From NCBI GenBank assembly GCA_963844035.1, contig CAWJMT010000022.1, positions 1 through 51,513 on the forward strand: a stretch of DNA of 51,513 nt, in the 5' to 3' direction. The notes under the pieces were generated by a model. That model did not search any database and was not told the DNA's origin. It was given only the letters and a program-made list of their open reading frames with translations. Positions 9,343-19,525 of the stretch are shown in pieces. This stretch comes from an uncultured Gemmatimonadales bacterium. GTDB taxonomy: Bacteria; Gemmatimonadota; Gemmatimonadetes; Gemmatimonadales; GWC2-71-9. How positions within the stretch are numbered: position 1 is the stretch's first letter; the number at the start of each line of letters is the position of its first letter. Both the position numbers and the translations under genes were made by a program.

Positions 9343-10563
9343 TTATCTCCAGGTCTTCACGGCAAGGACAATCGATCCATGCTCAGTTATTCTGACAGCT
9401 GATGAATAAGCCTCGGTAAGGGTAGTTGTATACACCGGTACAGGAGGTGCGATCCCTTCAGACTCCGGAGTTCCCGGTATCGGGAATGCTCCAACACCTA
9501 CAACATGCGTGGGACGGATCTGGTCGATTGCCGCCCGGATCTGGTCGAAGCCAAATCCTTCGCAGACAGCCCCGTCGCCTTCAACTTTTCCGATAACCAG
9601 TGTAATTGCCTCTTTTCCCGTGATAAGGCGGGCATACCGGGCTGCTTCGACAGTGGTTGCAAGGTTGGTTCCGCTGTTGGAATTGTCTACCACGAATATT
9701 CCCCGGTCACGCGAAACAGACATTCTGCCGGGAAGCGCGCTGAATGAGGATAACGGATCCGGGTCTATTCCCAGAAGTATTGCCGCCGCGGCGGCAAGCA
9801 TCAGGGGCGAATGGTATCCGGGAAGTGCAAGAAGAGGATTTGAAAAACTGCTGGTTTTTCCGTTCACTTTGAGGGTGCATGTTGTAGCATCGCAGATTGC
9901 AACGTCTTCGATGTGAACAACCCGTTCCCGGTCATCTGCAGGTATATTTCCCGCGAGGAGAAGGTGTTTACAGTGTTGTGCTGAAGTCACTTTCGTTATG
10001 AGGGCGGATTTTTTCCCGGCGGCAAAAAAATAATCTTCATCAGAAGTAATAATCCCCAGCGTTCCTGAACAGGTGATTCCAAGGGACTCCTCAACGATCA
10101 ACCAGCCCCCGATGCCACATGCCATTCCCGCGGCAGCGAGTACCGATCCCGGTGTAATGCCTGATTGAGACAGCCATTTTTTTTCCGGATATTGGTAGGT
10201 CCCGGACGAGGTGTGCAGGATACCTGGTCCTCCCATCAGAGAAGCGAGAGCGTGGGCAGTCGTTGTCTTACCCCGAGTTCCCGTAATCTCGATCATTGGT
10301 TCCGGAGTATTCCCGCCCAGCAGCCGGCGCACCGCTTCATGATGGGAAATGACCGGAGCCCCGGAGAAATGTAAGAGAGGATGATCAGGATCGAGATGCA
10401 CTGGCGCGACGATCAGATCATAGTTCCTTGTCAGAGCTGTTGCAACGTCAGGTATGCTCTCTCCCCGGTACACATCCACGCAATCCACACGATCACCCCG
10501 GCCCGCAAACGCCTCACCGATCGTTTTTCCGCCGTGGATAGTGTCCAGTACCAGGATATGCAT
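9343..10563 (-). CDS. cfbE: Coenzyme F430 synthase (Mur ligase-like)
   Basis: ILVLDTIHGG, APVHLDPDHP, IEITGTRGKTTT, DNSNSGTN, AVCEG, C-terminal AVKTWR. Confidence 0.92.
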   Translation of the reverse strand: MHILVLDTIHGGKTIGEAFAGRGDRVDCVDVYRGESIPDVATALTRNYDLIVAPVHLDPDHPLLHFSGAPVISHHEAVRRLLGGNTPEPMIEITGTRGKTTTAHALASLMGGPGILHTSSGTYQYPEKKWLSQSGITPGSVLAAAGMACGIGGWLIVEESLGITCSGTLGIITSDEDYFFAAGKKSALITKVTSAQHCKHLLLAGNIPADDRERVVHIEDVAICDATTCTLKVNGKTSSFSNPLLALPGYHSPLMLAAAAAILLGIDPDPLSSFSALPGRMSVSRDRGIFVVDNSNSGTNLATTVEAARYARLITGKEAITLVIGKVEGDGAVCEGFGFDQIRAAIDQIRPTHVVGVGAFPIPGTPESEGIAPPVPVYTTTLTEAYSSAVRITEHGSIVLAVKTWR

Positions 10564-10572
10564 AAAAAGAAA

Positions 10573-10974
10573 TTATAATAGTGTAAGCGCTTTTATCGCG
10601 TTCTTTATCATCAGGTCAGCAAGAAGGGGATCGCTTCCGATTGGATCTGCATATACCAGCGGGACCGATCTGCCATTCAGGGTAAACAATCCTTTCTTAA
10701 TACCCTCGGCAAGCCCAATCTCTCCCGGGATATCTTTTTCAATATGAACGCCTTTTGCAAGAAACAGGGGGACAACCACCAGCGCATCAATCGGTTCATG
10801 CCTGAATTCATTGAGTGAATCCCTGATTGTCGGCGTATTCATATTCATAAACCCGCATTTCACGATGAAATCCGTACTATGTTCCTTAATCATGGAGGCG
10901 GTTTTCTCGACGAGATCTTTGTTGTAAGGCATCGTGCTCCCGTGCCCGACAAGTAACATTCCTTTCTGACCCAT
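10573..10974 (-). CDS. cfbA: Sirohydrochlorin nickelochelatase (CbiX-S-like)
   Basis: GMLLVGHGS, GFMNMNTPTI, VVPLFLAKGVHIEKDIP, YADPIGSDP; first gene of the cfb operon. Confidence 0.92.
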   Translation of the reverse strand: MGQKGMLLVGHGSTMPYNKDLVEKTASMIKEHSTDFIVKCGFMNMNTPTIRDSLNEFRHEPIDALVVVPLFLAKGVHIEKDIPGEIGLAEGIKKGLFTLNGRSVPLVYADPIGSDPLLADLMIKNAIKALTLL

Positions 10975-11194
10975 ATAACACATAGTATTACCGGGAATCT
11001 TAAAAATTCTTACCAAATGTTTTTGGGGATGGTATTTCCCGGATGAGCAATGAGCGGTTTATGAACCTGGATTTTTAAAAGGCCCAACTGTTTTTTTTTT
11101 GAATTTGTGGAAAAATTTTCATCTCTTGAAAAAATGGTTACCTGGTGATTAATGCAAAGGAATTTGGTTGATCAGTCTCAACAGATATGAATCT

Positions 11195-12334
11195 ATGATG
11201 GATGCATTCGAGCGCTTCGGCCTGCTCATTAACAACCGGATTGTCAGGACACCCGTGGCAATTGCATCCATGGCTGGAATAGTCGATGCTGCGTATGTTC
11301 TTGAACGCGCTGATCATGTCGGTGCAGCGTTTATCGGGGGGTATTCCATTGATCAGCCAACCCTGGAAGCGGCAAAAGCTGTCACGGATGGGGGAGACCG
11401 TAAAGAATTTTTATACGATGACCCGGTAGAAGAACTCAAAAAACAGATGGCCCTCATGGAAAAGAGCCCCGTAGTTCTGGGACTCAACCTCCGTGGGAGT
11501 GCTCCTCAATCTTTCGGGAATATTGCACGATCTCTGGGTGAAAGTGTTGTCTATGAAATTGATGCTCATTGCCGCCAGCCGGCCGTGATCGCTGCCGGGA
11601 GCGGGGAGCATTATCTGAAAAAACCCGGAGAGCTGATGGCAGTTGTCAGGGCGCTTAAATCTGAAAATGTAACCGTATCGGTAAAAATACGCGCCGGTAT
11701 TGCCGCCGATGATCGCCTTCTTGCCCGTAAACTATGGCAGTCGGGTGCAGATATTCTGCATATTGATCTGATGGACTCCGGTTATGCGAAACTCCGGCAG
11801 ATCCGGAACAGCTGCCCTCTTATGCTTATTGCCAATAATTCCATAAACACGTTTGACCGGATGCGGGAGATGCTGTCTCACGGAGCGGACATTGTTTCTC
11901 TTGCACGCAAATCTGACACACGCACCCTGTCCGGGCTGGACGCAGCGATTACCCGTTACGCTACGGAAGAAGGATGGTACAACTCTCCCAAACAGCTGTG
12001 CCGGGGCGGGGACATCCGCGCACTCACCTTCTGCTGCATGCCCGTCAAAGAGTGCCCCCTCATCCCCACCCTTTCCCGTATCGACATGCCAAAAGAAGCC
12101 TACATCCGGATGAAACTGGACACGGTAAAAGGCACCCCCCTCCAGGAGGGGAACCAGACCTGTTTTGGGAGCCTGGCCTGGTGCTGCAAAACATCCTCTC
12201 CCTGTATGTTCCGCGATATGACGCTCAAACAGGCAGGACTTTCGAAGAAAGAGTATATGCGCCTGAAACGCGAGCTCTCAGATACGATAATGAGCCGTGT
12301 ATTCCATGACGTGCCTTCTGATGAGAGCAGCTGA
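11195..12334 (+). CDS. Methanogenesis marker 9 domain protein (Dus-like TIM barrel fused to a Cys-rich C-terminal domain)
   Basis: ASMAGI, EIDAHCRQ, VSVKIRAG, ANNSI barrel motifs; C-terminal WYNSPKQLCRGGDIRALTFCCMPVKECP..CFGSLAWCCK..PCMFRD. Confidence 0.85.
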   Translation: MMDAFERFGLLINNRIVRTPVAIASMAGIVDAAYVLERADHVGAAFIGGYSIDQPTLEAAKAVTDGGDRKEFLYDDPVEELKKQMALMEKSPVVLGLNLRGSAPQSFGNIARSLGESVVYEIDAHCRQPAVIAAGSGEHYLKKPGELMAVVRALKSENVTVSVKIRAGIAADDRLLARKLWQSGADILHIDLMDSGYAKLRQIRNSCPLMLIANNSINTFDRMREMLSHGADIVSLARKSDTRTLSGLDAAITRYATEEGWYNSPKQLCRGGDIRALTFCCMPVKECPLIPTLSRIDMPKEAYIRMKLDTVKGTPLQEGNQTCFGSLAWCCKTSSPCMFRDMTLKQAGLSKKEYMRLKRELSDTIMSRVFHDVPSDESS

Positions 12335-13127
12335 ACGTGCACAGCTTGCCCTGATGCTGGAGGTCTGCGCTTATCCGAAACCGGGAAACGTCGACCGTTG
12401 CCATGACTATCCCGATACCCGTCTTGAACATTTCCTGGCTTCAACGCTGTTTGCCCGTCCGGCGCTTGAAGAAGCTGAGGCAGGAACGGGGCGGATTGGA
12501 GAGATCATCAGGCATGCAGTCCGGGATACCAATTGTCATCGTGGTGGCAATACGCATTTTGGAGCATTTATCCTTCTCATCCCGCTCGTATATGGCGGAG
12601 ATATCCCGGGTGCAATACGGGCTACCGAAAAAACTGATGTTTCAGATGCAGTTGCGTTCTACAAGGCTTTTGCTTTAACGTCGGTTAAGATGAATGTAAC
12701 GGATGAACTTGATGTACATGATCCCCATACACTCACGATGATCCGGGACAGGGATATGACTTTGCTTGATGTGATGCGTCATTCAGCGGCAAACGATATG
12801 GTGGCACGGGAATGGGTAACAGGATTTTCCCTGACGAGGAGAGGAGCTGATCTGATTAAACAATTCGGCCCGGGAAGGCAGGCGATTGTCAATACCTTCC
12901 TTACTCTCCTTGCTTCTGAACCGGACACCTTCATCATTAAAAAACATGGCATTTCAGTAGCGCAGGATATCATGCTCGTTGCCCGGAAAGTCCTGGACGG
13001 CAAACGCTCCTTAGAAGATTTTGATACAGACTGTATTGATCGGGAGATCAACCCGGGTTCAACAGCGGACATTATTATCGCTTCAATTTTTATCGCCCTG
13101 GGAGAAGGATGGCAATGGGACTTTTAA
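12321..13127 (+). CDS. citG: Triphosphoribosyl-dephospho-CoA synthase-like protein (CitG family)
   Basis: LEVCAYPKPGNVDR, GGNTHFGA, DTFIIKKHG, INPGSTADI. Confidence 0.85.
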   Translation: MRAAERAQLALMLEVCAYPKPGNVDRCHDYPDTRLEHFLASTLFARPALEEAEAGTGRIGEIIRHAVRDTNCHRGGNTHFGAFILLIPLVYGGDIPGAIRATEKTDVSDAVAFYKAFALTSVKMNVTDELDVHDPHTLTMIRDRDMTLLDVMRHSAANDMVAREWVTGFSLTRRGADLIKQFGPGRQAIVNTFLTLLASEPDTFIIKKHGISVAQDIMLVARKVLDGKRSLEDFDTDCIDREINPGSTADIIIASIFIALGEGWQWDF

Positions 13128-13667
13128 AAGGCGGAATTAATGAAGTAATCGCAACAACATTCTTCAATGCTGCACCGATGGGCATCCATTACCGGGAAGG
13201 AAATGCCAGTATGGTGCTTTTTTCCGGGAAGTAATACCGCAGAAAACATTAAGCGCGAAGGTTGGATTGTTGCGAATTTCGTACACGATCCTGTTCTTTA
13301 TGTCAGGACTGCCTTTGAAGATCTGCCGCGGGATTCATTTATTGAAGAACTGATCTCCGGAAAGAAGATCATGAGGCTCCGGGGTGCTGATGCCTGGGCG
13401 GCATTTACAGCCACCGTTGTGCGCACAACAAATGAGTCCATGATGGTCCGGCTTACGCTGGAAAAAGAGATTATTGAAGAGGTTGCCATACACCCGGTGA
13501 ACCGGGGTTTCAACAGTGTTGTTGATGCGACAGTGCACGCCACGCGCTACAGGGTGAATCAGGATCCGGCATTAAAAAAGATAATTGATTATCATGTGGG
13601 TATTGTGAAAAAGTGCGGAGGAAAACGGGAACTGGAAGCATTGGAATTGTTAAAGAAGTATATGTAG
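13115..13667 (+). CDS. DUF447 family protein; homopolymer frameshift ~13220
   Basis: MGLLKGGINEVIATT..NAAPMGI joined to GSNTAENI..VANFVHDP..VNRGFNSVVDATVHATR..KKCGG. Confidence 0.8.
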
Positions 13668-13954
13668 GTATATAAGTCTACAAATGGTGCAGATTATGAA
13701 GATTTAATTTCTTCTATCTCCTTCGCAACTTCTACTCAACCCACAATAAGGATCCAGTCCGGTTCAACCTGATATTGTATTTTAACGTAAAGGTATAGCA
13801 GAATTGAGCCCTTATTGGGCTTTCAGTGTCGTTCTGAAAATTTTCCGGTTGGTTTGGAGTATGGGTGTCCCTGAATAGACGAGTGGTAGTCCTATCAGTG
13901 TTTTTATTTGTTCTGAACTCCACATTAATGGTTAGACAAGAGTGTGAATCATCG

Positions 13955-14181
13955 ATGTGTGTAGCAGTTCCTGCAGAAGTGCTCGAGATAAAGACGGGAA
14001 TGTGGAAGTTGTTGACTATGGCGATCTCCAGACAGGAAGTCAGGCTCGACCTGGTTGACGTGAAAATTGGCGAATTTGTTTTAGTCCACGTTGGTTTTTG
14101 CCATCCAGAAACTCTCCCGGGTAAGAAGGACTTGAAACCCGTGAGATATTCAGACAGGTCTACGCTGCAATGGAGGAGTGA
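13955..14181 (+). pseudogene. hypC: Hydrogenase maturation chaperone HypC, frameshifted
   Basis: MCVAVPAEV..RQEVRLDLVDVKIGEFVLVHVGF; TGATG overlap with hypA. Confidence 0.8.
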
Positions 14182-14515
14182 TGCACGAGTACGCTATCGC
14201 GTATGACCTTTATGCAACTGCCCGTAAGACTGCGATTGAGAACAAAGCCAGCAAGGTGAGAAAAGTTCGCGTGGAAGTGGGAAAGATGGCGATGGTGAAT
14301 CCTGATCAGGTGGCTTTTCTCTTAATACAATCAGGGAAGACGATCCTCTTTCTCTGACTCATTTCTGATTGCAGCGAGATGCCGCCCGAAACAAAATGTT
14401 CATGCGGGTATTCCGGTGATGAAATGTTTGTCTGCCCGGTACGCGGTTGCTTCCCGAACTGGTCAAAGGCAGTGAAATTTTGGTCACCAGCATTGAAATC
14501 GAGGTGGACGATTAG
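14181..14515 (+). pseudogene. hypA: Hydrogenase nickel chaperone HypA, frameshifted
   Basis: MHEYAIAYDLY..VRVEVGKMAMVNPDQV..KCSCGYSG..FVCP..VKGSEILVTSIEIEVDD. Confidence 0.8.
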
Positions 14516-15514
14516 ATGCAAGGTCACCCTGATGCATGGCGCAGGTGGAGAATTGATGGGAGTGTCCTTCAAACGCTCACAAAATTCAGACACAACAACG
14601 CCGGTGCATTGGATTCTAGGCTTGGAAATCACGGCGCAGTGATCCCTTTTAATGGACAGAAACGTAGTGTTTATGACAGATTCCCACGTAGTCCGCCCTA
14701 TTTTTTTCCCGGGTGGCGACATTGGTAGAATTGGAGTCTGCGGGAACCATCAATGACTCTGGGATGATGGGGGAACAGCCCATACACACTTCTGTGTGCA
14801 TGATTATTGAGGAGGGATTCGAAAATCGACGACCTTGGAGGATCGTTGCTTCAATGGACGATGCTCTTGGTGAAGCTGGTGCAAACCTTGTAACCGGAGA
14901 CACAAAAGTCATGGAGAGGGAGCACTGGCAATGGATTACTATGACTGCCGGTATCGGTATTGCAAAGACCATTGTGCGGGATAACGGGCTCGTTTCCTGT
15001 AGACCGAATCATCGTTTCCAAAACTTTTGGCGATCATGGTATTGCGATTATGCACACCGGGAGGGATTCATCTGGGGAGCAATCAAATCGGATGTTGCAC
15101 CCCTCTGGGGAGTGATGAAAAGGTTCTCATGTGCACCATCCATGCAATGAAAGACCTGTGGATATGGGGCGGGTTTGCGAGCACTATTAACGAAGATGGC
15201 AAGAAAGAGCAGGGTAAATATTGGTGTCAAAGAGGAGAAATGACTCCATCCGGAGAAGTGTCAGGAGTGCGGCAGGCATGTTGTAATAATATCGTCTAGG
15301 TAGCAAATGAAGGGAAAAGTTGTTCTGGGAGTTCCGCCTTCCAGTGTGGATGCTATCTCTTAGCTCTCTCTCTCACACATAAAATACGGCAGGGATGCAG
15401 CGGTGGTCGGTACTGTGAAAAAGGTGCTCATGTTATTATGGAGACAAGGATCGGCGGTGAGCCGACCGATCGAACCGCCAATGGGCGGCGTCCGGTGAGT
15501 TACGGGTCTGTTGA
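14516..15514 (+). pseudogene. hypE: Hydrogenase maturation protein HypE, many frameshifts
   Basis: [61 protein letters not shown] and ANEGK fragments spread across frames. Confidence 0.8.
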
Positions 15515-15699
15515 TTCAGGTTTTTTTAAAAACGTTTCTTTTTACGCTGGGGAAGAGATTTGAACTTCTGAAGTGCAGGGCACCAGTAGCTTCTAAGGCT
15601 ACCGCCTTCCCGGGTGACACAGCCACCTGGAATGCTCCATATGTAGGGTGTCCCATCAAAAACTTCTTTGCTAGTGATACGTTCAGGAGATTTTTTTTA

Positions 15700-16070
15700 T
15701 CATCTGGTTTTTTTGACTATCAGGAACGCTATAACCAATGAAACTACACCAAAAAACGGGAGGAGTGGAGACTTCGGGGTATCCGCCCTCACCCCGTGGG
15801 ACACTTGCAACAACGGCGCCGTACCTGTCGGGCTTACAACAACAGAGACTGCATTTTCCGCATACAGGAAAACGTCGCTGTTCAGTGAGCACTCTATCGG
15901 ATACACCTTGATGTATTGTTTTCCCGTTTCCCGGAACCTTATTCTTCATGTTGTTCACCCTCATCGTTCACTGTTTTCACTGCACCTGTATTGTCGATAT
16001 ACTAGCAATACGTCTAACCAGGCTAGCCAACATAACATGGCGCCAAAAAAACATATCCTCCTCTTCTATT
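15700..16070 (-). CDS. C-terminal fragment of an archaeal surface protein with a C-terminal membrane anchor; frameshifted and truncated
   Basis: Ends TPKSPLLPFFGVVSLVIAFLIVKKTR*: short motif, hydrophobic helix, basic tail. Confidence 0.45.
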
Positions 16071-16742
16071 CTGACTCCTTCTCGACCCAGCGAAACGCCG
16101 GGATGTCGTCGTTCGAGCCCAGCAGGAGGCCCGCTTGAGAGGCGCCGGTCTGCGACGAGAGGTCGGTCTCCCACTCCGCCAGGCGATGGGTGCCCTCGCG
16201 CAGCCAGGTCGCCATCTCGGGGGCGTGGCCGTCGCGCATCGCGCGCTGGAGCACCGGCAGGGCCAGACCGTCGACCTCCAGGTAGAGGATGCCGGGCACG
16301 TCGGTCACCACGCGGTCGCCGGACAGGCGGGCGATGCGCTGGATCACGCGCAGCGTGTACATGTCGTCGTCGTTGGTGCCGAGGAGGACCTCGAGGACGA
16401 CGGTGACCGCGGCGACGACCAGGGCGGCGGCCAGCGCCGCCCAGAACGAATCGACCTCGAACGAGCTGTCGGAGAGGTCCGACGCAGCTTGAAGATCCAG
16501 GCGTCGAGAAGCAGGACGAGCAGGAAGCCGGCGACGAGCATGAACGGCAGGCGCAGCGCCGCGATGAGCGGCGGCAGAAGCGCGTTGAGCAGCGCGATGA
16601 AGGCCGCCGCGACGAACGCCCCGAGCGGCCCCTCGACGTGCACGCCGGGCACCAGCCACGCGGCCACGTAGACGGCCAGCGCCGCCGTCACCCAGGCCGC
16701 GAGGAGGCGCATGAATCGCAGGCGCGGCGCGCGGGCTCCCAC
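16070..16742 (-). CDS. Phage-holin-family (YvlD-like) membrane domain fused to an alkaline phosphatase/phosphodiesterase domain; frameshift ~16490; 3' truncated
   Basis: RLLAAWVTAALAVYVAAWLVPGVHVEG..LLNALLPP..FEVDSFWAAL then GILYLEVDGLA..WETDLSSQTGASQAGLLLGSNDDIPAFRWVEKE. Confidence 0.75.
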
Positions 16743-16930
16743 GCGGGCGTCTCCCGTACCCGTCTCCTAGCTCTGCGGCCATCGTCAGTCTCCTTCGCCG
16801 CCGGCGCGCGGACGCGGCGCCCTGCCTGCACGACATTCTAACCGGGCCGCGGCGGATGCCAAGACGGAGGAGGGCGCGCATAGACTCCTCCCGCACCCGC
16901 CATCGGGTGCGCCCCGTGGAGGTGACGCCC

Positions 16931-17790
16931 GTGTCGCGCAAAGGCTGGCTGTTGTTCATCGCCTTGTGCGTCATCTGGGGTCTCCCTACCTCCTGATCCG
17001 GGTAGCGGTGCGCGAGCTCCCTCCGCGGGCGCTGATCTTTCTGCGCACGGCGCCGGCGGCGCTCCTGCTCGTGCCCCTGACCCTGCACCGCGGCGAACTG
17101 CGCCCGCTCCTGGCGCGCTGGCGCTGGGTGGCGGGCTACACGGTGGTGGAGATCGCCCTCCCCTGGCTGCTGCTGGCGCACGCCGAGGTGCGCATCTCGA
17201 GCTCCCTGGCGGGGCTCGTCGTGGGCGCGGTGCCGCTCATCGCGGCCGTGCTGTACCGGGCCTTGGGCGCCGGCGAGCAGTTCGACGCGCGCCGCATCGC
17301 GGGTCTGTTGGTCGGCTTCGCCGGCGTGGCGGCTCTGGTCGGCATCGACGTGGCCGGCTCCGACCCGCTGGCCGTGGCGGAGATGCTGGTCGTAGCCGTC
17401 TGCTACGCCAGCGGCCCACTCATCATCAGCCGGCCGTTGGCCGGATCTGCCTGGTGTCATCACCGCCTCGATGGCGCTGACCGCCGCCGCCTACGTGCCG
17501 GCGGGCCTGCTGACCATGCCGGCGTCGGTCTTGGCGCAGACGGTGGGCGCCGTCGCCACCTTGTCTCCTGGTCGCACCGCGCTCGGTTTCCTTATCTTCT
17601 TCACGCCGACCGCGAAGTGGGGCCCTCGCGCTCGACCGTGATCACTGACGTCAACCCGCTCGTGGCGGTGCTCCTGGGAGTCGTGCTCCAGCGAACCGCT
17701 CACGTTGGGCATCGCCGTCGGCATGCCGCTGATCATTCCGGGCTTGGTGCTGAGGAGGCCCTTCGTGGCGTATGGCGAACGCGGTGTCAA
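16931..17790 (+). CDS. DMT/EamA family transporter, frameshifted
   Basis: SRKGWLLFIALCVIWG.PYLLIRVAVREL..LLAHAEVRISSSLAGL..EVGPSRSTVITDVNPLVAVLLGV. Confidence 0.8.
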
Positions 17791-18731
17791 GCGAGCGGCC
17801 GAGAGCCGGGGACTGAACCCTGCCGTGGATCCGGCGGCGAGCCGCCGACGCGCAGGGGTGGCGGCACAGCCCGCCCGCGCCTGACCGCGGAGGCGCGCCG
17901 CACCCAGGCCTCGGTCGCCGCGACCTGGTTGAAGGTGAAGAGGTGCACGCCGCCGATGCCGAGGTCCGCCTCCGCGGCCTGCGCGGCGACAGCCCGTGCG
18001 AGCGGCGTCGGATCGAAGCGCCGCGAGCGCGCCAGCGTGGCGATCTGCCGGCCGTGCCGGGCGAGGTAGCGAAGTGACGTGCCGACCCCGGTCTTGAGCG
18101 AGATCTCGGCGAGCTTGCGGCGCTCCACCACGCCCGGCAGGCCCACGACCACGGGCAGGCCTACTCCAGCCTCCCGGATCGCCCGGACCCAGCGCGTCAG
18201 CGCCTCAGCGTCGAAGCAGAGCTGCGTGGCGATGTAATCGGCGTGCGGCTGCTTGCGCCGCAGGGCCTCGAGCAGGCCGGCCGCGGGGATCAGCGGGTGG
18301 CCCTCCGGGTAACCGCCCACGCCGATCCTGGTGAGGGCATGCGGCAGGCGCCCGAGCTCGTCGAGGAGGTCGCCGGCGTCGGCGTAGCCACCCGCGGGCG
18401 GCGAGGTGTCGCCGCCGACGACGAACGCCTCGTGGATGCCGGCGGCCTCGAGATGCGCCACGAGGCGCTCGAGCTGGCCGCGGTCCGCGATCATACGCGC
18501 GGCCAGGTGCGGCACGACCCGATACCCGCGGCCGGCCAGGCGCGCGCTCACGTCGATCGTCCTCTCGATGCCGTGGCGCGGCGAAGCGGTCACGGTGACA
18601 GTCGTTCCCGCGGGGAGCGCGGCCACCTTCTCCTCGATACCGCTCACGGGGATCACTTCGTAGCGCGGCGCCGCCAGGAGCCGCGCCACCGCGGACGACC
18701 CTGCGCGCGCTGCCTCGTTGACTGTGGCCAA
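17787..18731 (-). CDS. metF: 5,10-methylenetetrahydrofolate reductase
   Basis: VTVTASP, VVPHLAARMI, FVVGGD, GGYPEGHP, IATQLCFD, HLFTFNQV. Confidence 0.85.
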   Translation of the reverse strand: MATVNEAARAGSSAVARLLAAPRYEVIPVSGIEEKVAALPAGTTVTVTASPRHGIERTIDVSARLAGRGYRVVPHLAARMIADRGQLERLVAHLEAAGIHEAFVVGGDTSPPAGGYADAGDLLDELGRLPHALTRIGVGGYPEGHPLIPAAGLLEALRRKQPHADYIATQLCFDAEALTRWVRAIREAGVGLPVVVGLPGVVERRKLAEISLKTGVGTSLRYLARHGRQIATLARSRRFDPTPLARAVAAQAAEADLGIGGVHLFTFNQVAATEAWVRRASAVRRGRAVPPPLRVGGSPPDPRQGSVPGSRPLA

Positions 18732-18811
18732 TGTCTACCTCGATCCGCTCGAATGAGGATGCTTTCTCTCCGCTCTATACCCGGCGGCGACCTCCGCCGA
18801 ATCACCTCCCC

Positions 18812-19504
18812 ATGAACGACGCGCCCATCACGCCCATCCCCGGCATCTCGATCGTCATCGACGCGCTGGCGGTGCGGGTGACGAGCGCGCGGCCGCTCAC
18901 GGTGTTGAGCTCGGCGGTCGTCGGCGGAGGGCTGGGCAGCGCCCGCCACATCGTGAACATGCATGTGGACAAGGACTACGACGGCGCGAGCCCGGAGGAC
19001 GACCTCGCGGCGTTCGCCGGCTCGTGCGGCGTCGGCGGCGCCTTCGTGGGCCTCATGACCGCCGCCTACACGGAACACGCCTGCGTGGAGGCGGAGTCAC
19101 GGGACGGCGTCACCGTCGCGGCCGTCGTGTCGGTGGGCCTCAGCAACACCTCGAACGCCGGCATCACGCCGCCGCTCGCGTCCGCTCCCGGGACGATCAA
19201 CGCGATCCTGCTCGTCGACGCCGAGTTGTCGCCGAGCGCCATGGTCAACGCCGTGATCACGGCCACCGAGGCCAAGACAATGGTGCTCGCCGAGTGGGAC
19301 GTGCGCACGCCCGACGGCGACCCGGCCAGCGGCACCTCGACGGACTCGGTGGTCGTGGCGTGCGCCCAGGGCGGAACGGGGCTGAGCTACGCCGGCCCCG
19401 CGACCACCGTGGGCTGGCTCGTCGCCCGCACGGTACGCGCCGCCATCACGCGGCTGTGCCACGAGAAGGTCGAGCGGGACGGGGGCCGGCGCGTCGGCTG
19501 GTGA
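18812..19504 (+). CDS. cbiZ: Adenosylcobinamide amidohydrolase
   Basis: LSSAVVGGG, VGLMTAA, VGLSN, GTINAIL, NAVITATEAK, SGTSTDSVVVA, YAGPAT. Confidence 0.88.
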   Translation: MNDAPITPIPGISIVIDALAVRVTSARPLTVLSSAVVGGGLGSARHIVNMHVDKDYDGASPEDDLAAFAGSCGVGGAFVGLMTAAYTEHACVEAESRDGVTVAAVVSVGLSNTSNAGITPPLASAPGTINAILLVDAELSPSAMVNAVITATEAKTMVLAEWDVRTPDGDPASGTSTDSVVVACAQGGTGLSYAGPATTVGWLVARTVRAAITRLCHEKVERDGGRRVGW

Positions 19505-19525
19505 GCGTCGGCGGCGCCGACGGCC

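Noticed and set aside
15900..16300. Archaea-to-Actinobacteria horizontal transfer at the GC jump
   Set aside because: Genes on both sides are truncated and there is no integrase, att site or IS; a contig join is simpler
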